Below the pieces are notes generated by a model. That model saw nothing but the letters and a program-made list of their open reading frames with translations. It was not told the origin of the DNA and ran no database searches. A DNA stretch of 64,000 nt. Origin: a virus. Where the stretch lies: positions 1-64,000 of IMG/VR virus record IMGVR_UViG_3300034524_000181. One strand, given 5' to 3'. Of this stretch, positions 1 through 10,103 are shown piece after piece. Numbering within the stretch: position 1 is the first letter of the stretch; every line of letters begins with the position of its first letter. The position numbers were made by a program, and so were the translations under genes.

Positions 1-2523
1 TCAAATCAGGTCTATAAATCTTGTTTCTGTTGTACCGTCCTCGTATTCAATAACCACTTCAACGCCCACCTGGCCGTTTTCGCCCTTTTCAAGGTTTTCG
101 GAAGCAATCTGCGCTGAAAATGTATAACTTTTACGTGTTGCTGGGTATACCGTCTGTGACAGACTCTTTGTCATACCAGGTACACCAACAGCCTTGAAGG
201 AAGCAGTTCCCGAAACACCATTCTCAGTATCCACTTCAAAGCCGGAATTGACCCAGTAGGCAAAACCATCATCCGCTCTGGAATTGCGCAGATGGTTGAA
301 TGGTACCATATCTTTAATGTCCTGACGGTTTACCAACTCTGCTGAGGACAGCGCATCCGCTGCCTTGTCCCACTGTGCTGAAGAATCGCCAAGTTCCCGC
401 AGTTTAGTTGAAAGCTCAATCACTGTTTTCCATGGTTCCTGCAAGTTATACTGCCTTCTCACAACACGAGTCTTTACCAAAAGGCCTAGTTCTTTATCGT
501 CCACTGTAACAATATCACCCAGTTTCCATGCTTCGTGCTCATAACCGGTTAGCGCAGATAAATCCATTGCAGACAGTACATAAGAAACGCGAGGCTTCGA
601 ATATTCTGCAAGCCGCATTTTTGCATATTCCAGCATCTGATACGGATTTGTAAACGACGAACAATCAAGCGTCGACACCCTCACTTCACTGGAAAAAGTG
701 TAATCTTCCACGTATTCCTTACCTCCATTAATTGAAGCGAAGGTCAATCCGTCCTTTCCATAAGCATAGAGCTTTGTCACTAATTCACGTGTATCGACTA
801 CCCGCTGAATACTTTTCAAATTCTTTCTATATGAAAAAAGCGCTCCGCTATCAGTACCACTAAAAGTCAAAAGGTGTACCTGGCGGTTGGCGCTGTCAAA
901 CACCAGATCGCCGCCATAAATATTCTGTACGGTGCGAAGGATGGATAAGGCATTTTTTTCTGTACACTGCCATGTCCGTTTCGTAGTGACAGTAACATTT
1001 CCTACTGTCCAGCCTGTACCCAAAAGTGCATATTGCATCGGAACATCTGCAGTATCTGCATTGAATTCTCTAGGTTCTTTTTCCGCACTGAAAGACAGAT
1101 CGTAAAATACCGCTTCAGCATATACTTGCGTAATAACACGCCCATCTTCGCTTTTATTGTCCGTTAAGGTTCGGATCCGGTAAATGTCATTTACGATTTG
1201 CACTTGTTTTTCATTTTCCAGTGTGCTTCTTTTTGGATCATGGAACGGAAGCTTGAATTCCAGCGTATCCGCACCGTTCACCTCACCAGTGACAATGATA
1301 TCAAAGGCATTTTCAAGAACAGCTTCCCATGCTCCGTTTTTGTCCAAAATCACAGGACGGGCAAAGCCTAATTTCTCATAGGGCGCTTTCGGTATATCAT
1401 GAAGCTGTATTTCCAGAAGTTTTGGCGTCTTCAACGGATCGCTGCTGGTAAGGGTAACACGGAACCTTATATATTGCCGATTTGGCGATTGAAGTTCACC
1501 GCTGGTTCCCACAGCCTGCCATGCAGACCATTCTTCAAGATCATCGCTTGTGCTGGTCTCTACTAGAGACACTGAAGTAACACCTGCAGTATATTCGCTT
1601 GTCACAGCTACACGACCGCTGCCCGATAATGCACATGGAACCGCCCTTGTATAAAGTACGCCACTTGCAGGATACTCGCCATCTGTTGCTTTAAGGGTGA
1701 CTGCGCCAGGCTCTGCCAAAGCATCTACATCCGAAGCCGCATCCCCACCGTTTGCATGTAAAGACGACTTAAAATATAACAGCAAATCATCAGCTGTAAG
1801 CTGTGAGTCCGTTTCCAGAAACCAGTCGTCGAAGCCTCCGGCATAGTAGTAGGTATTTGCATGCATCCCCATAATAATGTCTGCTATACATTCCCGATTC
1901 AGCTCTCCCGAAAAGGAACGCACAGGCGACACCCAGGTTGCCCCGTCGCTGCGATCGCATATGATGTTCTGTACCTTTTTGTTGCTTACTTCAATGATGG
2001 AGGCGATAAAGTACCAGCCGCCGTTTTTTAAGGTAATGGTAGCTGTTTCACTCTGGTCGTAGATTAGTGTGCCGGAGGAGTTATACAACATCAGCCTAAG
2101 TCTTCCTTGATAAAGTGAAACATAAAGAATTGGCTGACCAGGTCCTTGGCGGGTATTGAATATGGGTATATATGTCTGGCCGACCGAATAGGTGGTAGGA
2201 TTAATCCAACCGCCTACAACAATCTTTTCGCCCAGATTGCTAAAGAAACTCCCATCATTTTCTGCTATAAGATGGGTCTTTTCAGAAGTCGGATTAACAA
2301 TATTTTGCCTAAAGTATCTTCCGAATCTTCCAGCAATAAGGTTTGCTGATGTACCTGACCAGCCGGAGATGGTAAAATGTCTGCCATGTCCCGATGAATC
2401 CATAAGCTGAAGATTTTCGTCTGGTGTTTTTTCATTAAATCGCCATAAAGCAGACATCCTTGATGTTACAGGAAACTCACCGGTAAAATCCTCTTGGCTC
2501 GTTAGAATTGATTTTATCGCCAT
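1..2523 (-). CDS. Phage tail tip protein (LamG-like N-terminus, tail endopeptidase/Tal-like core, N-terminal part of a CBM-like domain)
   Basis: 840 aa downstream of Dit; ALWRFNE/GRFG LamG-like motifs, TKLYAYGKDGL, NHLRNS; close paralog at 47154-49676. Confidence 0.85.
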   Translation of the reverse strand: MAIKSILTSQEDFTGEFPVTSRMSALWRFNEKTPDENLQLMDSSGHGRHFTISGWSGTSANLIAGRFGRYFRQNIVNPTSEKTHLIAENDGSFFSNLGEKIVVGGWINPTTYSVGQTYIPIFNTRQGPGQPILYVSLYQGRLRLMLYNSSGTLIYDQSETATITLKNGGWYFIASIIEVSNKKVQNIICDRSDGATWVSPVRSFSGELNRECIADIIMGMHANTYYYAGGFDDWFLETDSQLTADDLLLYFKSSLHANGGDAASDVDALAEPGAVTLKATDGEYPASGVLYTRAVPCALSGSGRVAVTSEYTAGVTSVSLVETSTSDDLEEWSAWQAVGTSGELQSPNRQYIRFRVTLTSSDPLKTPKLLEIQLHDIPKAPYEKLGFARPVILDKNGAWEAVLENAFDIIVTGEVNGADTLEFKLPFHDPKRSTLENEKQVQIVNDIYRIRTLTDNKSEDGRVITQVYAEAVFYDLSFSAEKEPREFNADTADVPMQYALLGTGWTVGNVTVTTKRTWQCTEKNALSILRTVQNIYGGDLVFDSANRQVHLLTFSGTDSGALFSYRKNLKSIQRVVDTRELVTKLYAYGKDGLTFASINGGKEYVEDYTFSSEVRVSTLDCSSFTNPYQMLEYAKMRLAEYSKPRVSYVLSAMDLSALTGYEHEAWKLGDIVTVDDKELGLLVKTRVVRRQYNLQEPWKTVIELSTKLRELGDSSAQWDKAADALSSAELVNRQDIKDMVPFNHLRNSRADDGFAYWVNSGFEVDTENGVSGTASFKAVGVPGMTKSLSQTVYPATRKSYTFSAQIASENLEKGENGQVGVEVVIEYEDGTTETRFIDLI

Positions 2524-2527
2524 GTTA

Positions 2528-3301
2528 TCACCTCCATCTGCTTTTTGCCTGTATTTTTAACTCAGTAAAGGTCGCGTTTTCTGCGGCAATCTCAATATGA
2601 TTAACACCTTTCCTGAGAATTGGAAAATTCAGATCCTGCAGGCTGGGAAGACCATTTCTCAAGGTTCGGCCTGTTTCATCAATAGCTTTAGCCGTTACCA
2701 TGCCAGAATCGATAACAAGTGTCTCACCTTCAGATAATGAGCCAACAATTCGCAATTCCTCTCCGTTCGTAATAAGCGAAATATAGCTTGATGAGGACGT
2801 TGATATCAAACCCTTCAAGAGATAAACCGGATTGGAATCCGCATTTCCTTTAACCCTCTCCAATTCATGCAGACCTGTTTCAGAAAGAACAAATATCTCA
2901 TCTTCCAACGCATAAGCATATGGGTCGGGACAAACAAACCGAAGTTCAAAGCTGCCCGCTGTCCGCAATATCCGCTCACAGTCAACCGCTTCTGATAAGC
3001 GAGCCATGAAATATCGGTCGGGCAAATCATCTAGAACAAGTTGTTTAAGACCGTTTTCCGGATTTAACCATTCAGCAACATTATCAAGAACCGATACAAG
3101 CTCAGTAAAACTGCGCTGGGGAAGCACACTACAGCTAATTATTATGTTTCGTTCTGATATGTCGCAGCCAAAATCTGCAATACCTGCTTTGCCCGGCACA
3201 GTTTCAAATGAATTGCGCAGGGCAGGGGAGACCTGCCATTTGGTAAGTCTTGCTCGTATTTTCATACTTTGCGACGATATTCCATTGTAGATAAATCCCA
3301 T
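2528..3301 (-). CDS. Distal tail protein (Dit)
   Basis: Follows tape measure; VPGKAG and LRFVCPDPYAY motifs. Confidence 0.85.
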   Translation of the reverse strand: MGFIYNGISSQSMKIRARLTKWQVSPALRNSFETVPGKAGIADFGCDISERNIIISCSVLPQRSFTELVSVLDNVAEWLNPENGLKQLVLDDLPDRYFMARLSEAVDCERILRTAGSFELRFVCPDPYAYALEDEIFVLSETGLHELERVKGNADSNPVYLLKGLISTSSSSYISLITNGEELRIVGSLSEGETLVIDSGMVTAKAIDETGRTLRNGLPSLQDLNFPILRKGVNHIEIAAENATFTELKIQAKSRWR

Positions 3302-3314
3302 ATGCTTCCCTCCA

Positions 3315-5501
3315 TTACGCTGTTATAAAACGTCCCTGCGCCCTTGAACCTGTCTGCATCAGGTTATATAACTCCTGTGAAATCCTACGTATGTCTTCTT
3401 CACCACGAACAATCATCTGCTGCACCACAACAAGCGGCCCGGAAGCTAAACCGCTAAATCCACCTCTTCCACTTACATTAATATCAGGAGATATATTAAA
3501 ATCTGTCGGCACTGCATTTTGCATATCGTCTGCCACTCTGGCCATAGCCTTGTCAAATCCCTCACCAATACCCAGTGCCATATTGCCGCCAATACCTTCA
3601 AAAACAGTGGACGGAGATCTGATTCCAAGAAAATTCTTTACTCCATCAACAATACCGGAAAAGAAACCGGAAACCTTATCCTTAATCCAGCTACCAAGGC
3701 TTTTAATACCTTCCCAGATGCCTTTTACAATGTTCTTACCAATCTCAACCACTGAAACAACCGCCTTGCCCAAGCCTTCTATAATAGCCGCAACAATCTG
3801 AGGTAAAGACTTTACTAGTTCTGGAATGGCTTTCACAAGCCCGGCAGCAAGCTGTACGATAAGCATAATTCCTAATTCTATGATCTTCGGCATATTGTTC
3901 GTCACAAAGTCAATGATTGCTGTAATTATCCTCGGCAGTGCTTCAATGAGTTCTGGCAATGCGTTTAAAAGTCCCTGCGCCAGTCCCTGAATCAATGTAA
4001 AAGCAGCTTCAAGGATTTTGTCCATGTTATCCAGCAGTCCTTGCACAATGGTGATTACTGCTTGAACCGATGCTGGAATTAGCTCCGGTAATGCTTCTCC
4101 AAGCCCCATTACCAACGCTGTGATTAGCTGCACAGCTGCATCAATGAGTAAAGGCAGGTTATCAATGAGTGCTCCTACAATAGTCATGACCGCATCTACT
4201 GCTGCTGGAATCAGCTCCGGCAGCAGGCTCAAGAGAGTTTGAAGCACCTGAGAGAACAATTCAGTTACAGTTTGCAACAGCATGGGAAGCAGATCTTTGA
4301 CTGCTGAGATAATAGAACCAGTTGCCTCCGGCAGGGCTGCCACGATATTCTCCAAAACCGGTACAATATTTTTAACTACAGCCTGAAAGGCATCCACAAG
4401 ATTTTGGGTTAGGTTCGTCATATCAGCGTTCGCATTGCCAAGTCCTGCTATAAACGAACTTAGAGAGGCTTGTAAAAGACCAATGGAACCGCTGATGGTC
4501 TGGGTAGACTCTCTTGCGAAGTTGCCAGCATACTGTTCGGTTTTTTCAAAAAACATCTGCATGGCGATCTCGGCCTTTTCGGCATTGGTTGCGCTATTCC
4601 AGGCAAAATCCAGCCCTTTTGCAAGAGCATAAGCTTCGATGGTAGTGGCGTTCATGGCGACACCCAGATTATCCATCATGGTGAAGTTACCCTTGGCTGC
4701 GCCAGCGATGGATTCCATAGCAGTCTGCATGTCAATACCCATAACCGAAGCCATATCTGCCGCTCGCTGCATGGCCTTCTCGGTAAGTTCCAGACTTTTT
4801 TGCTGATCGACACCAGCACCCTGAAACAGTGCGCCCATTTTGTTGGCGGTGGCAAGGTACTCGGATTGGGACAAGCCCAGATTCTTGTAGGCTTCTTCTC
4901 CCGTTTTTTGGATACGTGCAGCATATTCTCCAAACACAGCTTCAGAACCACCAAGGTTCTGCTCAAGCTCACCAAACTGCTCCACGACCTCTTTTCCCAG
5001 CTTGATGGCAGCCGCGCCCGCTGCGGCTGCTGCAGCACCCATAGCCGCGCCAACACCTTTAAGAACGCTGCCCAGCTTCTCAAATTTCGAGCCGGATTTT
5101 TCGGCATTGTCTCCACTTTCCTTCAATTCGTCCCCAAGCTCGTCTGCACTTTCAGCAGACTGTTCGAGCTCGCGCTCCATTTTGTTCAGTTCGGCTTTTG
5201 CATTATTAAGCTGTATTTGCCACGACTGAGTACGTCTGTCGGTTTCTCCGAAAGATGAGGCGGCATTGGCAAGCGCTTTCTCCAAAGTAGCTATTTTTTC
5301 TTTCTGCAATTCGATCTCTTTGTTAAGCACCTTGTTTCTTGCAGTAACAGCTTCAACTGATTTATCTTGCTTATCAAACTGAGATGCGACCAGGTTCATT
5401 TCGCTACCCAGTACCTTAAAACTTTGGTTGATCTCGCGAATGGCGTTTTTAAATTCCTTTTCGCCTTCAATCCCGATCTTCAAGCCAAAATTGTCTGCCA
5501 C
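3315..5501 (-). CDS. Tape measure protein
   Basis: 728 aa, helical Ala/Leu-rich repeats, GIRSPS motif, GTG start after GGAGG. Confidence 0.9.
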   Translation of the reverse strand: MADNFGLKIGIEGEKEFKNAIREINQSFKVLGSEMNLVASQFDKQDKSVEAVTARNKVLNKEIELQKEKIATLEKALANAASSFGETDRRTQSWQIQLNNAKAELNKMERELEQSAESADELGDELKESGDNAEKSGSKFEKLGSVLKGVGAAMGAAAAAAGAAAIKLGKEVVEQFGELEQNLGGSEAVFGEYAARIQKTGEEAYKNLGLSQSEYLATANKMGALFQGAGVDQQKSLELTEKAMQRAADMASVMGIDMQTAMESIAGAAKGNFTMMDNLGVAMNATTIEAYALAKGLDFAWNSATNAEKAEIAMQMFFEKTEQYAGNFARESTQTISGSIGLLQASLSSFIAGLGNANADMTNLTQNLVDAFQAVVKNIVPVLENIVAALPEATGSIISAVKDLLPMLLQTVTELFSQVLQTLLSLLPELIPAAVDAVMTIVGALIDNLPLLIDAAVQLITALVMGLGEALPELIPASVQAVITIVQGLLDNMDKILEAAFTLIQGLAQGLLNALPELIEALPRIITAIIDFVTNNMPKIIELGIMLIVQLAAGLVKAIPELVKSLPQIVAAIIEGLGKAVVSVVEIGKNIVKGIWEGIKSLGSWIKDKVSGFFSGIVDGVKNFLGIRSPSTVFEGIGGNMALGIGEGFDKAMARVADDMQNAVPTDFNISPDINVSGRGGFSGLASGPLVVVQQMIVRGEEDIRRISQELYNLMQTGSRAQGRFITA

Positions 5502-5528
5502 ATAACCGCCTCCTTTCCTGCAAAATTT

Positions 5529-5720
5529 TTAAATTCCATAAGGTATCACATCATCAATGGTCAGCATGCGCTTCGGTTTGGACAGTCCTAAAAACTGTCT
5601 ATGGCACTCCCATAAATCAAGCAGGTACCCAATAGGCATTAGCCATACTTCATCCTCTGAACGGTTGAGCTGGACAGTGCCGTAATATAAAAGCCGAGTG
5701 AACAATTCCTCATCGCTCAC
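5529..5720 (-). CDS. Tail assembly chaperone C-terminal extension (-1 frameshift product)
   Basis: In the -1 frame behind slippery A-AAA-AAC at 5732-5738. Confidence 0.75.
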   Translation of the reverse strand: MSDEELFTRLLYYGTVQLNRSEDEVWLMPIGYLLDLWECHRQFLGLSKPKRMLTIDDVIPYGI

Positions 5721-6100
5721 TCGGCCGGTGTGTTTTTTAAGTCATCCTCACTTTCAACGTTTCTTTTGGTACCCTTGAACATTGCTTCCATGATAGCGTC
5801 TTTATATGCTGCCAGTTCCAAGGGAGATGTGAGAAGTTCCACTGTCTCTTCAGTCAGGAGTTCACGCTTATCCTGATTTTTGAGGTTGTGTATCAAAATG
5901 CTCTGGTTAGCCAGCAGTGTAATCAGCCATACCACTTCGTCAAGAGCCATCTCGAAGTTCTCGGTTTTCATCAGTTTCGTGCCGAGGTTTTCAAGACCGC
6001 CGTACCTTTTTGCAATCTCCTTTGTCGCTTTAGTGGTTAGAATAAGCTGATATTCTTCATCGCCGATTTTGATAATTGCGCTTCTGTCATTATCCTGCAT
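5717..6100 (-). CDS. Tail assembly chaperone
   Basis: Between major tail and tape measure genes; slippery site near 3' end. Confidence 0.8.
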   Translation of the reverse strand: MQDNDRSAIIKIGDEEYQLILTTKATKEIAKRYGGLENLGTKLMKTENFEMALDEVVWLITLLANQSILIHNLKNQDKRELLTEETVELLTSPLELAAYKDAIMEAMFKGTKRNVESEDDLKNTPAE

Positions 6101-6699
6101 TATTCGCTGCCTCCTCCCACAGCAAATACCGGCTCATAAACTTCCGTATACCAGCCGGTAATAGTTTCAGGCGATACACCGGGATCGTCTTCGCTGACCT
6201 CCGCCTTCCAAGGGTGCTTTCCCTGGCCATCTGGTTTGTTACGTCTCATGACTGTCCCTTCAATGGTGGGTGTCGAAAAGGTAATGCTATCACCTTTCGT
6301 TTGGAGATTTGTAGCCGGGATTCCGAATTTAACCCTGTAAAGCCAAAAATACCTGTACTTGCCGTTAGCTTTCTTGGCTCTAAAGCCGATTGCTACAGGC
6401 GCGCCTCCATCCTCACTGGCAGAAATCAGCACCTTATTGTCATCAAGGGTGGCTCCCGTCAAAACCTCAGCAGCGTCTACTCCGATATCTGCAACACCAA
6501 GAGTCAGGGTGCCGCTTTGAAATTCCTTGACCACTTCTGCCGCCCCGTCATCGGCATAAAGTGTCGCCTCTGCCAGCTCCACAGAAAGCTCTGCCGTAAT
6601 AGCCTTAGCCAGCGGAACAGGCGTGTCGTATGTCTCTTCTCCGTTTTCATTCTCAGTTATTTTGGCATAATATAACCTGTCCAGTCCGATTGTGGCCAT
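6100..6699 (-). CDS. Major tail protein (phi13-like)
   Basis: MATIGLDRLYYA and LYADDG motifs. Confidence 0.88.
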   Translation of the reverse strand: MATIGLDRLYYAKITENENGEETYDTPVPLAKAITAELSVELAEATLYADDGAAEVVKEFQSGTLTLGVADIGVDAAEVLTGATLDDNKVLISASEDGGAPVAIGFRAKKANGKYRYFWLYRVKFGIPATNLQTKGDSITFSTPTIEGTVMRRNKPDGQGKHPWKAEVSEDDPGVSPETITGWYTEVYEPVFAVGGGSE

Positions 6700-6704
6700 G
6701 TTTT

Positions 6705-7049
6705 TCATTCCTCCTTTACTTCATACTCTTTTGCCACATCAATGGCATAGTGGTGATAGCCGGTATCGTCCTCATGGCCTATATACCGCCTGTCGGTAAT
6801 GGTAAAGCCTGCTTGGAGCAATGTGTTCACTATTTCGTTTTTACGGGCAGTGTAGTTTCCCTTTATAAATAAAGACAACCTTACCTCCTGGGTTTCTACC
6901 TGAGGCCGGTTGTCTGCAAAAACTTCAAATGTATCTGTCATCGGAGTAATGACAAGGTACTCATCTGGCGGTACACCGCTAAATACCCCGGTTTCAATGG
7001 GGATACCCAAACCATCTAATAACGAGTTTAATTCTGACAATATGCTCAT
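6705..7049 (-). CDS. Tail terminator/completion protein
   Basis: Position; DTGYHHYAID motif. Confidence 0.7.
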   Translation of the reverse strand: MSILSELNSLLDGLGIPIETGVFSGVPPDEYLVITPMTDTFEVFADNRPQVETQEVRLSLFIKGNYTARKNEIVNTLLQAGFTITDRRYIGHEDDTGYHHYAIDVAKEYEVKEE

Positions 7050-7477
7050 ATACGACCCAGCTCCTGTTCCAGTCTTGACTTCATTACTTCGATGCAGGAC
7101 TTCCTTGTAGCTGATTTTGCCGGTTTCAAAAAGGGCCTTGGAGGCTGCCCGGACTTGCCATACTCAATAATATTAGCAATCTTCGCATTGCTTACCCCAT
7201 CCTTCCTTGGTTCAGTAAAGCCGATTTTTATGTTGTGGTTTCCATCCCTGTCCTGTTTGGCAGGAGAGAGTCCCAAAGCATTTACCAATTCACCGGTTGC
7301 TCTGGACGGATATTTAGTGCCGCTCCCGATAACTGACTGAAGATTGGACTTCACTTTTGAAAGAACCACTTCCCCGCCTGCTTCCAGCACCTTAGGTATG
7401 ATTTCGTCTGTTCTTTCTCCAAGTCTGGATAACTTGAGCAAGAACTCTTCCGGCATTTTAACTTCCACCTTAGCCAC
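7046..7477 (-). CDS. HK97 gp10-family neck protein
   Basis: IEYGKSGQPPRPFLKPA motif. Confidence 0.85.
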   Translation of the reverse strand: MAKVEVKMPEEFLLKLSRLGERTDEIIPKVLEAGGEVVLSKVKSNLQSVIGSGTKYPSRATGELVNALGLSPAKQDRDGNHNIKIGFTEPRKDGVSNAKIANIIEYGKSGQPPRPFLKPAKSATRKSCIEVMKSRLEQELGRI

Positions 7478-7493
7478 GTTGCAGCCCCTCCTT

Positions 7494-7829
7494 TTATGCT
7501 TTGCTTGATTTCACCTTTTCCGCAAGCACCTCAATATACATTCCACGTCCTTTTACGTCCTCAACACTGATAATGTTGTACCTGCCATCGCTGCAAACGA
7601 GTACAAGATCTGTGGTAATTTCAAGGTTAGGTATCTTACGGAAGCGGAACAAGGCAGACGCCTGCGAAAACGCCGCCCTGTTTGCCCATTTTTCACTGCC
7701 ATGCCTATCTTCCTTGTATGCCCTTACCGAAGCAAGAATAACATCACCTTTTTCAGCAAAACCCTCACTGTCCTTAACCGGCTTGGTTGAGATAATATCC
7801 ACAAAAGTTCTCATTTTCCCAAAGCCCAT
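7494..7829 (-). CDS. Head closure/head-tail adaptor
   Basis: Position; FRFRK and YNIISVED motifs. Confidence 0.8.
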   Translation of the reverse strand: MGFGKMRTFVDIISTKPVKDSEGFAEKGDVILASVRAYKEDRHGSEKWANRAAFSQASALFRFRKIPNLEITTDLVLVCSDGRYNIISVEDVKGRGMYIEVLAEKVKSSKA

Positions 7830-7831
7830 AT

Positions 7832-8140
7832 TTACACCTTCCAATCCCGGTCGAGCCGCAACAAAAGGTTAACTGTATTCCATACCTGCTGTCCAGCCTG
7901 CACACTATCCCCAAAAAAGCCAGCCGTCGAGCCATCCCTGCTTTCATAAAAATGGCTCGACAGCATAATGACAGCCTGCTCAGTAGTAGGCAGCATGGGG
8001 TTTTCGGCATAATATCCTTCCGGCTTTTTCTGGTAACTTTCCGCATAGGCCACTGCGGCTTTGATATACTCTTGTAAAAGTGCGTCATCTTCGCTGTGCT
8101 GCAATATGAGGTTTGCTTTAACCTTCTCCAAAAGTTCCAT
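7832..8140 (-). CDS. Head-tail connector (gp6-like)
   Basis: EDDALL and HFYESR motifs. Confidence 0.85.
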   Translation of the reverse strand: MELLEKVKANLILQHSEDDALLQEYIKAAVAYAESYQKKPEGYYAENPMLPTTEQAVIMLSSHFYESRDGSTAGFFGDSVQAGQQVWNTVNLLLRLDRDWKV

Positions 8141-8161
8141 GCCGCAGCACCTCCGTTTTCA

Positions 8162-9364
8162 TTAAGCTGATTTCTGCTGCAGTATCTTGACTGCTTCAGA
8201 CAGTACCAGCTTGCCATCTACACGCTGGGTTGCCATGAATCCAACTTGTCCGGTCGCAGCATACAACTCATTAAGCCGCTTAAAAACCCTGCCCTGACGG
8301 TCTGCCACCCAGTAATAAGAAAAATCGCCGAATACAATCGTTTTTGCTCCGGCGGCAATGGCTGGCATAAATGCAGAAGTTTTAACTGGACGATTGAGGA
8401 TAGTATCCGGTGTTCCAGCAGTTACAGAAGGCTGCCAGAGATACTGACCGTTGTTGTCTTTGAGCTTCCTTATAGCTTTAATTGTCGAATCATTTATAAT
8501 GAATACAGCGTTCCTGCGGTACGGAGACTTTAGGCTGTAGAACAAGTCCATGATCTCGTCAAGGGTAATGGCTGTTGCACTCGCCGCAGTTACTCCTATC
8601 TCGCCACCGCCGTTATCTGCCAAGATACCGGTTGGCTTGCCAGATCCGTCACCGATAAAAAATGCTTCCTCCTCTTTTGCTCCGATTCGGCGGGCGAATT
8701 CTTTGGCTATATACTGCTCAAGGTTGAATACACTATCGTTTAACAATTCCTCTGACACCTTGATCATAGTAGCCAGCTTATATGCGCCGATGGATACCTG
8801 TGCAAAGGAGTCATCGCTTTCGGGAATCTGGCCTTCCTCATCCACCCAGGATGCAGTACCCTTGCTTGCCACCACAGGAATTTTCTTGTCACCGCTGGAC
8901 GCGGTAATAACATTGGCAATCTGCCTAAAGATATTCTCCTCCTCCAGTGCTTCCACAAGAGTACGCTCAAAGTCGTCGGGAACAAGATATCCACCTTCGG
9001 TGTCCTCTCCAATCTGCAGCGCGTTGTGTACGTCATATTTGCGCCTGCCGCGCATCATGTTCCAGAAAGACTGCCTATACTCATCGCTGGCACGTCCGGT
9101 TTTTTCATTGTTGCCAGATATGGAAGTGGGTTTGTCTGTAATAGGAATATTCAACGGTTTTGACAGTTCCAAATCTATGGCAGCCTGACGCTCAAGACGC
9201 TCTATTTCTTTGCCCAGCGCAATAACGTCGGCTTCCATTTTTTCATAAGTCGCGGTATCCTCCGGTGAAAGCAGTCCGTCGTTCCCGCGTTTGCTGTCGA
9301 GGAAAGCTTTAGCAGCTTCCCATACTTTAGCGCGTTTTTCACGCAGTTCCAGTATTTTGCTCAT
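8162..9364 (-). CDS. Major capsid protein (HK97 fold)
   Basis: GGYLVP, ASWVDE, GDGSGKPTGI, FGDFS motifs. Confidence 0.93.
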   Translation of the reverse strand: MSKILELREKRAKVWEAAKAFLDSKRGNDGLLSPEDTATYEKMEADVIALGKEIERLERQAAIDLELSKPLNIPITDKPTSISGNNEKTGRASDEYRQSFWNMMRGRRKYDVHNALQIGEDTEGGYLVPDDFERTLVEALEEENIFRQIANVITASSGDKKIPVVASKGTASWVDEEGQIPESDDSFAQVSIGAYKLATMIKVSEELLNDSVFNLEQYIAKEFARRIGAKEEEAFFIGDGSGKPTGILADNGGGEIGVTAASATAITLDEIMDLFYSLKSPYRRNAVFIINDSTIKAIRKLKDNNGQYLWQPSVTAGTPDTILNRPVKTSAFMPAIAAGAKTIVFGDFSYYWVADRQGRVFKRLNELYAATGQVGFMATQRVDGKLVLSEAVKILQQKSA

Positions 9365-9377
9365 AATCAAATCCTCC

Positions 9378-10103
9378 TTAAGGTTTTAATAAAAAAAGCC
9401 GCTTTTCAAGCGACTCAATTGGTGTTCCTTTTGGTTTTTCTTTTGGTTTAAGCTTTTGCAGGATGGAATTTGTTACTGCCTGCCTACTGAAGATCATTCC
9501 TCCTGATACTTCAAATTCGGATGGGAATGATTCATCCTCCATAAACAAGATTCCATCGGCAAAGCCAAGTTCCACCGCTTTTCTTGCGTTAAACCAGCTT
9601 TCTGCATCCATTAGGTGCGATATTTTTGCCCTGGAAAGTCCGGTTTTCAGCTCATAAGCGTTGATGATGGATTCCTTTATTTCTTCCAGCATTGCGATAG
9701 CTTTCTCCATTTCTTCTGTATCACCGATGGCTATTGTCATAGGGTTGTGAATCATCATCATGCTGACTGGTGACATAAAGACGTCACCTCCGGCCATAGC
9801 TATGACCGAAGCGGCGCTGGCTGCAATACCGTCAATCTTTACCGTCACTTTGCCTTTGTAATCCATAAGCATGTTGTAAATTTGATTAGCTGCAAATATA
9901 TCTCCGCCAGGGCTGTTGATCCAGATCGTTATATCACCCTCTCCGGACAACAGCTCTGATTTGAACTGTTTGGGAGTTACTTCGTCTCCCAGCCAGCTTT
10001 CTTCAGCTATTGGGCCGTCAATATATAATGTCCGGCTGCCATCATCGTTTTGTATCCAGTTCCAGAAGCGGCGAACCGGTTTTGGTTTTTGTGATTTGTT
10101 CAA
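9378..10103 (-). CDS. Prohead protease, ClpP-like
   Basis: INSPGG, AASAAS, MMIHNP motifs; probable TTG start at 10103 after GGAGG, overlapping the portal 3' end. Confidence 0.9.
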   Translation of the reverse strand: MNKSQKPKPVRRFWNWIQNDDGSRTLYIDGPIAEESWLGDEVTPKQFKSELLSGEGDITIWINSPGGDIFAANQIYNMLMDYKGKVTVKIDGIAASAASVIAMAGGDVFMSPVSMMMIHNPMTIAIGDTEEMEKAIAMLEEIKESIINAYELKTGLSRAKISHLMDAESWFNARKAVELGFADGILFMEDESFPSEFEVSGGMIFSRQAVTNSILQKLKPKEKPKGTPIESLEKRLFLLKP

